Virus record (IMG/VR): IMGVR_UViG_3300037458_000975
Reading direction: 5' to 3' (one strand)
Length of the DNA: 49,355 nt
Source of the DNA: a virus
This document shows, in pieces, positions 41,658 to 49,355 of this stretch. A program made the position numbers and the translations under genes. Position 1 is the stretch's first letter, and each line of letters begins with the position of its first letter. Under the pieces are notes generated by a model. The model made no database searches, was not told the origin of the DNA, and saw only the letters and a list, made by a program, of their open reading frames with translations.

Positions 41658-42896
41658 TTAGACTTGGATCGCAGCGTACATCATCGAGCGCATGTGGTGG
41701 AACTCGAATCCGCACTCCGTCAGCCACTGACCCTTCTTCTGGTCAGCATCGACGGCCTGGATGTTGTCCTGCGGAGTCGTGTCACGGCCGCGGAGCGGGC
41801 GGTACTTGATCCCGGCGGGGTTGATGAAGAACGCGCCGTTGGTGAACCTCGTGTTGACGTTCATCAGCGGGTGGGTCTTCAGGTAGAAGGTCCCCTGCGG
41901 GATCGTCCACTTGTTCAACTCCATGCCGAAGTACTTGATCGTGCCCTCGTTGTTGAGCCGGACGGAGCTGTCACCCTTCGCGATCTTGTTCAGGTAGTTC
42001 AGGAACCCGTTGCCGCACAGGACGATCCGCTCATTGCCGGCGCCGGTGTAGCCGTAGTCGAACATCTTGTAGGTCGCATCGAGGAAGTCGTCCGCCGTAA
42101 CCGCCGTCGTGGTCCAGATCTTGATCGTCGGCTTCGCCGTGGCGTCGTAGGCGCTAGTCAGGGCCCAATACAGCCCGCCCGTGTAGCGCTTCGGTAGCCC
42201 CGCCGATCCCGTCGTCTCGTACCTCGTGCCGAACAGCGCCGCCTGCTCGAGCGCGACGGAGTGGTCGAACATCCGGCGCTTCTTGTCGTTCTTCAGCGGA
42301 TCACCAGTGCGGAACCGGGTTGCCAGCGCCGTGCCGGTGTGGTTGTACGAGGTCTTGAAGATCTGCGTGTAGTTGTAGAACTTCGTCGGCGCTCGATGGA
42401 CGGACTTCGGCGACCCAGCACCTTCCTCGAACGCCGAGCCCACTTTCAGCAGATAGGCATTCGTGGCGATGGTAGCGGCGGTGGTCGAGGCCGCACCCCG
42501 AGTCACAGCGATCGCATTCGACGCGCTCGGATCGGCCGAGACCTCGACGAGTTCGAAGTTGTACCCGGTCGAGGCGACCTCCAGGGCCTCCACCATCAGC
42601 AGATCCCCGGCGACCAGATCGAGTGCGTGGGCGTCCTCGGAGGTGCCAAGGGTGAGGGACAGCTGCCCCGTCGTGGCGACTGCAGTCACCTTCACCCGAA
42701 TCGGCCGACGCTCTTCCTCGTACCAAGCGAACTCCGGATCGTCGGTCGACTCCTCCCCCATCTTCGACATCAGGGCCGTGAGCGGCGTCATCCCGTTCGG
42801 GTCACGCCAGAGGATCGTCTCACGGAAGTTCTTGGGGCGTTCGTCGGTTGCCCACTGGGTGGTCCCAGTGCCCCGAAGGCCAGCAATACCAGGCAT
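41658..42896 (-). CDS. major capsid protein (HK97-fold type)
   Basis: Its 412 aa, its position after the scaffold, and the strong terminator behind it all fit. The N-terminal pattern RPKNFRETIL..DPNGMTPLTALMSKM...DPEFAWYEEE is typical of podovirus capsid families. Confidence 0.8.
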   Translation of the reverse strand: MPGIAGLRGTGTTQWATDERPKNFRETILWRDPNGMTPLTALMSKMGEESTDDPEFAWYEEERRPIRVKVTAVATTGQLSLTLGTSEDAHALDLVAGDLLMVEALEVASTGYNFELVEVSADPSASNAIAVTRGAASTTAATIATNAYLLKVGSAFEEGAGSPKSVHRAPTKFYNYTQIFKTSYNHTGTALATRFRTGDPLKNDKKRRMFDHSVALEQAALFGTRYETTGSAGLPKRYTGGLYWALTSAYDATAKPTIKIWTTTAVTADDFLDATYKMFDYGYTGAGNERIVLCGNGFLNYLNKIAKGDSSVRLNNEGTIKYFGMELNKWTIPQGTFYLKTHPLMNVNTRFTNGAFFINPAGIKYRPLRGRDTTPQDNIQAVDADQKKGQWLTECGFEFHHMRSMMYAAIQV

Positions 42897-42907
42897 TTCG
42901 TTTCCTT

Positions 42908-43843
42908 TCAGTCCTCAGACTCTTCAGCCATTTGGACCCAGATGTTGGAAGGTTTTGCCGGAGCCGCACCGGAGCCACCAACCCCTGCCGGCCGGAAGCC
43001 GGACGGAGCGGGGACCGCAGGCTGCGGAGCCGGAGTCGTGGTTGCGGGCGGCTGGATACCCAGCAGCGTCCGCGAGAGCGTGCGAATCCCCTCGACAGCT
43101 TGCTGGGGGGTCGCGGTTGGATTCATCTGCCTCCAGAACGCACCGATCTGCAGCACTTCGGGCTCCCGCCCCTTGAGGTCGTCGGCGCCGGAGAAAAGCA
43201 TGTTCCGGGCCTCCTGCTCACGATCGCGGAGAGTCGTCATCTGCGCAAACATCTGCGGGAAGGCTTGATGCATCAGAGCCTGGACATCTGCCAGAACCGC
43301 CTCGTGCAAGGCGGCAGCAACCTCCGGCACAACGACCTCGGGCTCGGTCAGAAACTTGGCACTTTGCTCCTCGCTCAAGCGGTACTGAGCGGCGAGCGCC
43401 TGCCGGCGTTTCACCTGCTGCTCCGCGGTGTCCACGGCCTTCGGGGGCTCAGTGGACGGAGCGGGCGCAGCGGATTGGGTAGCGAACAGCGCTTTCAGCT
43501 GTTCGAGCGTAACGGGCGTCCCCACTTGCGGAGCGGCAGCCGGCTCAGCCGGAGGAGGAACGGCGGGAATGGCTACCGCGGATTCCGCAGGGGGGACATC
43601 GGGCTTGGCGGGAGCGGTTTCGGCTTCGGCCGTCGGCGCTTCAACCGCAGGAGTCTCGTCTTGCGCAGCGTCATCGGAGGGCGTATTCAGGTCGTGGGAA
43701 ATGAAATCATCCCAGCGCACGCCGGTCGCCTCGGGCGACGGCTCGCTCGGGGGTTCGGGAGCAATCGGAGCAGCAGCGCCGGGCGGAAGCAGCGGCGGGG
43801 CGCCCTCGGGAACAGCCGGAATCACATTCTCAGTTGCCATCAC
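42908..43843 (-). CDS. scaffolding protein
   Basis: Ala/Pro/Glu-rich, low-complexity and helical. It lies between the portal and capsid genes. Confidence 0.6.
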   Translation of the reverse strand: MMATENVIPAVPEGAPPLLPPGAAAPIAPEPPSEPSPEATGVRWDDFISHDLNTPSDDAAQDETPAVEAPTAEAETAPAKPDVPPAESAVAIPAVPPPAEPAAAPQVGTPVTLEQLKALFATQSAAPAPSTEPPKAVDTAEQQVKRRQALAAQYRLSEEQSAKFLTEPEVVVPEVAAALHEAVLADVQALMHQAFPQMFAQMTTLRDREQEARNMLFSGADDLKGREPEVLQIGAFWRQMNPTATPQQAVEGIRTLSRTLLGIQPPATTTPAPQPAVPAPSGFRPAGVGGSGAAPAKPSNIWVQMAEESED

Positions 43844-44126
43844 GAACCTCCAACAGTTTTAGTGTGTCCGCGAGTTCCTGCTTTGCGTCAGCAACACAGC
43901 GGCCGGGATACTCTGCGGCGATCCCGAGACCGTTGACTTCTCCCAGCATCCGAAAGTGGGCCGGAAGGTCCTCCAGTTTGGTGATCGCGTACTCGACCGA
44001 GGCCCGGCGGAGCCCGATCTGCTCGCGCAGGAACTCGAGATAGCGCTCCCACATCGGGTGGGACTGGAGCGTTTTCCACAGTTCCAGCTCCTCCCGCAGC
44101 GATTCGATGCGTTCCTCTGGCGTCAT
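43830..44126 (-). CDS. hypothetical protein (98 aa)
   Basis: The ATG at 44126 forms an ATGA overlap with the portal stop. It is the C-terminal part of ORF 43830..44372. Confidence 0.5.
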   Translation of the reverse strand: MTPEERIESLREELELWKTLQSHPMWERYLEFLREQIGLRRASVEYAITKLEDLPAHFRMLGEVNGLGIAAEYPGRCVADAKQELADTLKLLEVRDGN

Positions 44127-46051
44127 CCGGTCGGCCCCATTCCCTGCAGCTGGATTTGATTCGGCGGCTGGCCCGGCTCCCCGCGGAGCGGCACGACGTT
44201 GCCGGCCTGGGCCTGCCCCGCGAGATCCGTCCCGGGCGGCGCCACCTGCACGCGGAAGCGGTTGATGTTCTTCAGCCCCGCGAGGTTCCCGACCCAGCCA
44301 AAGATCTTCACCAGGTCGTACCCCGCGGCGAGTTGGGGGATCTGCGCCATCTGGCCCATGATGGTCTGCCACAGGTTGGCCTGGGCATAGCGATCCACGG
44401 GCAGCGTCCCGTCCACCGGCACGAAATCAAAGAACCCCGCAATTGACTCAGGCGTCACTTCCATCGTCTTGTCCTGCTCGTACATCGCTAGATCACCAAT
44501 GATCCGATATCGGCGGGCTTCTGTCAAGTTTTGTTGCGTCCGCTGGAGTGCCTTCTGAGCGAGGGGTTCGAAGCCCATCGCGCTGTAGAACTCGGATAGG
44601 GTCTTGAGACGGTTCGCCCCGAGGGTGTTCGACGCACGGACTTCGGTCGCGGTCTTGCGGCCGCCAGCGTTCACCATCCCCATGATGTTATCGTTCACGC
44701 CGGAGATCTTCTGCACCAGCTCCTCAACCAACAGCCCGTCGTTGATGTGGGACTTGGTGATATCCGCGACAGGGAGCTGGGCAATCGCTGCCCGCACGTC
44801 GCGGTTGATTCCGCCGGGCTTCAGCCGGATCAGCTTCCCCGGCGCCGGATCGCGGAGGTCGTCCATGTTGACCATCTGCGGATCGACCACGAACTGGTTG
44901 TTCAGCGATGCCCGGACGTTGTAGAAGTGGGTGTTGAACAGCCACGTCATCGTGTCCTGGAGAGGCTGGAAGATGTCGAGCCACGAACGGCTGAACAGGT
45001 TGTAGCCATGCGGCTCGACCTCGACAATATCGTAGGGGAAGCGGTTCGACAGCTCGCCGAGCGGTTCCGCCCCGAAGACGATGTTTGAGCTGGCGGTGAC
45101 GTTGAAGACCCAGATTTCCCTCATCGACGTATCTGCGAGACCCCACTCTTTCGGGTTCAGGCGGACGCAGATCTCGTAGCCCTTGATCACCCCCGGGGGA
45201 AGGGTGCTGAACGCAGTCTCCTCCCCCGGCAGGGTCTCGGTCGTGTTGCTCCCTCCGCGCTCCCAGGCGCGCTGCAACCCCTTCGAGTCCTCGATCGCGG
45301 CCTTCTCGTTGAAGTACCGGCCGGTCTCAACCCCCTGCTCGAACTCGTGGATCGGGATCTCGCAGTAGCGGCAGACGAACTCGCCCGTCTGGAACTTCCA
45401 CATCGAGACTCGCGGATCGGGGTAGAAGTCCTTCGGCCGGACGTTGAAGAGGCGGTTGCCCTCGTAGCCCACCGTGTCCGCGACCATCTCAACCTTCTTG
45501 GTCTTGCCGGGCATCGGGATGCCGAGGAAGGTGACCGGCTGCTCCTCGAACTTCCTCGCGCGGATGATCTCCTTCTCCCAGTAGTGCCCGACCACCCCGA
45601 AGCCGTACTTCATCGGATCGAGCAGCCAGATATACAGCGGGACGAGCCACTGACCCACCCGGAGCTGGTAGTCCATCACCGCTTCGACACCGAGGATCTG
45701 GTTCTCCGTCTCCCCGTGCCGGCCCATGAACTGCATGATCGGGGAGCGGCTCAGGAATACCGAAGTCAGATAGGTGTGCGCGGTCATCAGGATCGCGTAG
45801 CTGTACGGCACCACGACGGTCGTGTACTGCGGTAGGCCCTGATCCCGGAGCTCCTTCCGCTTGATGTCGAGCTCCCGCTCCGGCATGTAGGCGCAGAACT
45901 GCTCGTCGAGCTTGTCGAACTCCGAGTACCGCGAGGTCAAGGTGTTGCGGGACAGGTCGAGCCGCTCCTTGAGCTTCTGCGACAGGTCGTCGTGCGGGCG
46001 GCTGCCAAAACGGAGTCGACCGGCGAGCGGGTTTTCAGCCATTACGGGCAT
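44123..46051 (-). CDS. portal protein
   Basis: A 642-aa protein immediately downstream of and overlapping the large terminase, with a basic/Gly-rich C-terminal tail. The call rests on position and size. Confidence 0.75.
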   Translation of the reverse strand: MPVMAENPLAGRLRFGSRPHDDLSQKLKERLDLSRNTLTSRYSEFDKLDEQFCAYMPERELDIKRKELRDQGLPQYTTVVVPYSYAILMTAHTYLTSVFLSRSPIMQFMGRHGETENQILGVEAVMDYQLRVGQWLVPLYIWLLDPMKYGFGVVGHYWEKEIIRARKFEEQPVTFLGIPMPGKTKKVEMVADTVGYEGNRLFNVRPKDFYPDPRVSMWKFQTGEFVCRYCEIPIHEFEQGVETGRYFNEKAAIEDSKGLQRAWERGGSNTTETLPGEETAFSTLPPGVIKGYEICVRLNPKEWGLADTSMREIWVFNVTASSNIVFGAEPLGELSNRFPYDIVEVEPHGYNLFSRSWLDIFQPLQDTMTWLFNTHFYNVRASLNNQFVVDPQMVNMDDLRDPAPGKLIRLKPGGINRDVRAAIAQLPVADITKSHINDGLLVEELVQKISGVNDNIMGMVNAGGRKTATEVRASNTLGANRLKTLSEFYSAMGFEPLAQKALQRTQQNLTEARRYRIIGDLAMYEQDKTMEVTPESIAGFFDFVPVDGTLPVDRYAQANLWQTIMGQMAQIPQLAAGYDLVKIFGWVGNLAGLKNINRFRVQVAPPGTDLAGQAQAGNVVPLRGEPGQPPNQIQLQGMGPTG

Positions 46052-47559
46052 CCTCTGAATTCAATCTGGCGCTTCGTGTCGGAGTCGGGGAGGGTCGTGA
46101 ACTCCCCCTCGAGCGTGACGGAGCCGCGGAGTTCGGGGTTGACGCTCATGATGCCGAGCGCAATCGCATCGACGATGTCGTCTTTTTGGTCCTTGATCGT
46201 CGGGTCGTAGTCGTCCATCTGCTTGATCGCCTTCGATTGCGACGGGTGCATCACCAGGTGGCCAAAGGCCACGAGCCCGGGGATCGCCTGCATGATCCGA
46301 TCGGACTTCTTCCGGCGGTCCTGGATCTGATCCACCGCCACGAAGATCCGGCGCTTCTGCATCTCCTGCTCGATGTACCAGGCGAGGACCCGCTGGAACG
46401 AGATCGACTCCACGACCACCCGGATGGGGCTCCAGCGGAGGATCAACTCGAACAGCCGATTGACCGCCGCATCAGGCAGCACCCCGCGCTCCGCAAACAC
46501 GTCGAGCACATAAACGTCCGCCCCGAGGAAACCTAGCGCCACCATCGCAAAGTCGTCCGCGGTCTTGGCCTCGGACGATGCCGGGTCGATCGAGACGATC
46601 ACCCCCATCTGCTCCGGCAGTACGTCCCAATACCGGAGCTTGGTAACGTCGATGGCCTTGTACTCGGAGGCGACCAGCTGGCACTCCATCTCCCGCATCC
46701 AGAGGGAGTACTGCCCCCTGCGGGTAGCCGCGGTCTTTTCCGCGACCAGCGTATCTGTGCTCCAGCGATCCGGCCATGCGCTGTGACCCTTGTCGTCGAA
46801 GCACGAGACGGAGAGGCCGTTCCACTGCGGATCTTCCATACAGGCCTCGATCGCATCCTCCTTGTGGAAGGGGGTCTGGCAGAACGCGATCTTTGCGAGG
46901 GGCTGCTCGCTGGCGGGGGCGAGGGAATTGAAGAGGGCACCGAACAGGAGCTCCTCGATCTTTTCCCGCTGCTCGATTGTGGCGGTGTTTTCGTCAGTCA
47001 GCACGTCGTCCACGATGATCAGATCCGGCCGGAAGTCGTCCGGGTTGAAGCCGCGGATCTGACCGGTAATGCCCATCGCCAGGACGGTGATCGGATACTG
47101 ATCCACCCCGTGGTGGATTTCGAGGTACTCGTCGGTCCACTTGTCCCCCGGCCGAAGGCCGAAGGTGTTCGCCCAGAGCTTGTTGTAGAGGATCTGCTTC
47201 TTGAGCCAGCGGAGGCTCATCGCCGCGTGGAGCTGGGCCGACCCGACGTACATGATCGTGTGTGAGATGCCGTAGGCGATCCGCTGCGACGTGAAGACCC
47301 GGAGCATCGTGGTCTTGGCGGAGCCGCGGAACAGCTTGAACGCGTTGTAGCGCGCGGGACTGTAGAGGCGTTCCCCGACCTCGGCGTGGAAGGGGGCGAA
47401 GGGTTGCCGGAAGGTGCGGGGGAAGAAGACCTTCCCGTAGGTCAAGAGGGAGGTCGCCCCGAGCTGGACCGCTTCGGTCGGGGACAGCTTGAGGTCAGTC
47501 GGCGCGTTCATGCCCGTATTTGGCCTTGCGTTCCCACGCATCGTGCTCGCGGAAGTCAT
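46042..47559 (-). CDS. terL: terminase large subunit
   Basis: Walker A-like FRGSAKTT and Walker B LIIVDDVL. The C-terminal nuclease-type acidic motifs are VSIDPAS and DDFAMVALG. The start is uncertain (47559, 47541 or 47511). Confidence 0.85.
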   Translation of the reverse strand: MTSASTMRGNARPNTGMNAPTDLKLSPTEAVQLGATSLLTYGKVFFPRTFRQPFAPFHAEVGERLYSPARYNAFKLFRGSAKTTMLRVFTSQRIAYGISHTIMYVGSAQLHAAMSLRWLKKQILYNKLWANTFGLRPGDKWTDEYLEIHHGVDQYPITVLAMGITGQIRGFNPDDFRPDLIIVDDVLTDENTATIEQREKIEELLFGALFNSLAPASEQPLAKIAFCQTPFHKEDAIEACMEDPQWNGLSVSCFDDKGHSAWPDRWSTDTLVAEKTAATRRGQYSLWMREMECQLVASEYKAIDVTKLRYWDVLPEQMGVIVSIDPASSEAKTADDFAMVALGFLGADVYVLDVFAERGVLPDAAVNRLFELILRWSPIRVVVESISFQRVLAWYIEQEMQKRRIFVAVDQIQDRRKKSDRIMQAIPGLVAFGHLVMHPSQSKAIKQMDDYDPTIKDQKDDIVDAIALGIMSVNPELRGSVTLEGEFTTLPDSDTKRQIEFRGCP

Positions 47560-47863
47560 CGTGCAGGGCCTGCAGTCGGTGCTCCTGCGTTTCGAGGTAG
47601 TCCGCGAGCTTTTCCGCGGAGTTGATGTGCGACGGGAGAGTGTCCCACCGATCCGCCCAGGCCTTGAGGTCGAGGATCAGATCGTAGAGGCGTGGGGTGC
47701 CACCGAGGTGCCGGTGGTTCACCGCGTCGTTCGACTCCTTCGCGTTCTTGTTTGCGCGGAAGGAGAACCAGGCCGCAACACACGATGCAATCCCCCCGAC
47801 TACCGCGACAACCGCAGAGGCGTCAGCTTCTGTCAGCACCCACAGCTCCTTCCCGCCGCTCAA
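47495..47863 (-). CDS. membrane-anchored protein with coiled-coil C-terminus
   Basis: One N-terminal TM-like segment (AVVAVVGGIASCVAAWFSF). There is no ATG in the N-terminal part, so the start is TTG at 47863 or GTG at 47839. Confidence 0.4.
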   Translation of the reverse strand: MSGGKELWVLTEADASAVVAVVGGIASCVAAWFSFRANKNAKESNDAVNHRHLGGTPRLYDLILDLKAWADRWDTLPSHINSAEKLADYLETQEHRLQALHDDFREHDAWERKAKYGHERAD

Positions 47864-48038
47864 AAAACCGGCCTTCGTAGCCGCACCGGCCTTGCAGCCG
47901 AGCCATCAACCACCCGGCGTTCCGCTGCACCACCGCATAGGCCGGCCCATCGATCTCGAACGCGCCGCAGAGTTCCTTCCCCGGAGTGGTGTCCGGGTGA
48001 AGGAACCTGCAGTCCGCACATCGCGGGGGGATCAGCAC
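47823..48038 (-). CDS. small Cys-containing protein (71 aa)
   Basis: GTG start 6 nt after the upstream stop. It has CADC plus two further Cys. Coding status is moderate. Confidence 0.35.
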   Translation of the reverse strand: MLIPPRCADCRFLHPDTTPGKELCGAFEIDGPAYAVVQRNAGWLMARLQGRCGYEGRFFERREGAVGADRS

Positions 48039-48044
48039 TTCCGC

Positions 48045-48536
48045 TTACCGCCCTTGCCCTTCTTCTTCGACATTCACGACCTCCAGCGCGGGGGTGAGGG
48101 AACGGTCGATCAACGACTGCCGCGCGAGCGCGAGCGTGCCCTGATCGACCATGTAGACGTTCTGCTGATTGACGGTGACCGCGGAGGGCTCGGCCTTCGC
48201 CTTCGGCGCATACCCCAGCCGATGCATCACCTTGTCGAACGCATCCAGGACGAAGTCCGGGTCCTCGGCGGACTCGAGCTTGTCCTGGAGCTTCTCGACC
48301 GCGATGTGGCCGAGGGCGCGGAGTTTCTCCGGGATGTCGTTCGCGATCGCCACAAACACCCGCTCCTGCCGTTCCGCGAGCCGGGCCTGGAAGATGTCGG
48401 AGTGAATGACCGTGCTGAGCCACGCCTGCGACACATTAAAGGCGGCCGCGCAGTCCCGGAGCTTCCGCTCGGGATTCGCGATCATCCAGTTCATGATCTG
48501 GTCGTGTTTGTGGCTGATTCGCTTGATCTCGGCCAT
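48045..48536 (-). CDS. putative terminase small subunit / HTH DNA-binding protein
   Basis: The ATG at 48536 has GGAG 8 nt upstream. It is the first gene of the late arm, directly upstream of terL. LRDCAAAFNVSQAWLSTVIH is HTH-like. Confidence 0.5.
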   Translation of the reverse strand: MAEIKRISHKHDQIMNWMIANPERKLRDCAAAFNVSQAWLSTVIHSDIFQARLAERQERVFVAIANDIPEKLRALGHIAVEKLQDKLESAEDPDFVLDAFDKVMHRLGYAPKAKAEPSAVTVNQQNVYMVDQGTLALARQSLIDRSLTPALEVVNVEEEGQGR

Positions 48537-48560
48537 GGCTGACTCCGGTGGCTTCCCCGG

Positions 48561-48589
48561 GTTATACCTCGCCCGCGGACTTCTCGCAA
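48561..48589 (-). promoter_or_regulatory. sigma70-like promoter for the virion arm (TTGCGA-17-TATAAC)
   Basis: Read on the reverse complement. The -10 ends about 25 nt upstream of the ATG at 48536. Confidence 0.5.
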
Positions 48590-48780
48590 GCCGGGCGGCC
48601 GGGCTGGATGAACGCACCGCTGCGAGCTTGCCCGCGGCCCGGGAGGTTGGGGTGAATTCCCCCCGGGGGACTTCCAAAAATCTCTTAGCGCCGCTAGTGG
48701 CTTGCCCCAGTCGCGTCCCCAGTGTCGATGGGGGGCGGACGGGTCGGCTAACCCATTGATTCCACGGGGGAAATCAGGGG

Positions 48781-48808
48781 TTGCGAACCCCTGCCGGTCG
48801 GTTATAAT
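48781..48808 (+). promoter_or_regulatory. sigma70-like promoter for the early arm (TTGCGA-16-TATAAT)
   Basis: Perfect -10 at 48803-48808, about 45 nt upstream of the ATG at 48853. Confidence 0.6.
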
Positions 48809-48852
48809 GGGATTGTCAGCCATGTGGTTGACACAACGAACGGAGAGGCAAC

Positions 48853-49323
48853 ATGACGACGCAACGGAAGAGGTATTGCACATGGTCGCGCGGGCCGGTC
48901 GATGGCGCGCTGGTTGGGACATTCGCGGACGGGAAGGTGGTGCGGTATCCGCTCGCGGATATTCACCCGGATTGCGTTCCCCTGGTGATGGAGTTCGGCG
49001 CGAAACAGAAAATGGCCTCGGACGCGGCGGAGGCGAACAACGTGCAGGAGTTCCGCGACATCGTGACGGAAACGTGGACCAACCTCACGGCCGGCACATT
49101 CTACCGCACGACGAGCGGATTCCCGTCCCGCACTCTCGTCATCGAAGCGTTGATGCGGCTCGTCCCGAAAGACAAGGCGGCGAAAGTCACCGCGCAATCG
49201 GATGAGAAGTTGAAGATGCTCGCGAAGCGCCGGGATGTGCGGGAGATGATGCTCAAGATCCAGGCCGAACGGATCAAGGCCGCCCCGCAGGAAGCCGACG
49301 CGCCGATCGAACTGGACAACTAA
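48853..49323 (+). CDS. hypothetical early protein (156 aa), paralog of 1542..2036
   Basis: GGAGAGG RBS. It is the first gene after the early promoter, and its 3' end lies in the terminal repeat. Confidence 0.7.
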   Translation: MTTQRKRYCTWSRGPVDGALVGTFADGKVVRYPLADIHPDCVPLVMEFGAKQKMASDAAEANNVQEFRDIVTETWTNLTAGTFYRTTSGFPSRTLVIEALMRLVPKDKAAKVTAQSDEKLKMLAKRRDVREMMLKIQAERIKAAPQEADAPIELDN

Positions 49324-49355
49324 CCCAACCGGGGCCGGGAAACCGGCCCCACAAT
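49229..49355. repeat. 127-bp terminal direct repeat (right copy)
   Basis: Identical to 1..127. Confidence 0.95.
49331..49350 (+). promoter_or_regulatory. hairpin ggggccgg-GAAA-ccggcccc (also at 105..124)
   Basis: An 8-bp GC stem with a GNRA loop, 8 nt after the stop codon. There is no U-tract, so it is not a classical terminator. Confidence 0.4.

Noticed and set aside
1-49355. CRISPR arrays, DGR (reverse transcriptase plus template/variable repeats), integrase/attP, tRNA genes, phage RNA polymerase
   Set aside because: I scanned the ORF translations and intergenic regions by eye. I found no reverse transcriptase YxDD, no tyrosine or serine recombinase motifs, no spaced direct-repeat array and no single-subunit RNAP-sized ORF. 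The absence is by inspection only and should be confirmed with tRNAscan-SE and HMM searches.

Overview
The window is a complete, circularly closing genome of a GC-rich tailed dsDNA phage. Bases 1-127 are identical to 49229-49355, so the unique length is 49,228 bp; the overlap looks like an assembler k-mer closure. Two convergent arms leave a divergent sigma70-type promoter region at about 48.54-48.85 kb. (1) The plus-strand early/replication arm runs 48853 -> wrap -> 17759. It holds many small genes coupled by ATGA overlaps, a Cas4-like exonuclease / Sak4-like ATPase / DUF669-like SSB module, a free-standing HNH-AP2 homing endonuclease and a ParB-DNA methyltransferase fusion. It also holds a family A DNA polymerase with an N-terminal UDG-like domain, an intein in the ExoIII motif and a split into two ORFs, followed by a P-loop helicase-like protein. 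(2) The minus-strand virion arm runs 48536 -> 17620. In order it encodes small and large terminase, portal, scaffold and major capsid, then a strong terminator. After that come an SDR epimerase plus two glycosyltransferases, several fibre/receptor-binding proteins, nozzle- and adaptor-like proteins, a GNAT, and four internal/ejection-type proteins ending in a 2184-aa giant. I saw no tail sheath/tube/tape measure, integrase, tRNA, CRISPR array, phage RNA polymerase or recognisable endolysin. A lytic podovirus-like phage that uses host RNA polymerase is the best reading. The strongest candidates for novelty are: (a) the giant polyvalent virion protein (HExxH zincin plus an ART-like domain plus a hydrophobic C-terminal third); (b) the glycosylation cassette inside the structural operon; (c) the triply unusual DNA polymerase; (d) an internal protein ending in an S74-type self-cleaving chaperone domain; (e) a promoter-terminator-gene arrangement at 7.9-8.06 kb that suggests antitermination control of the replication module. 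All family assignments come from motifs read by eye and need HMM or structure searches.
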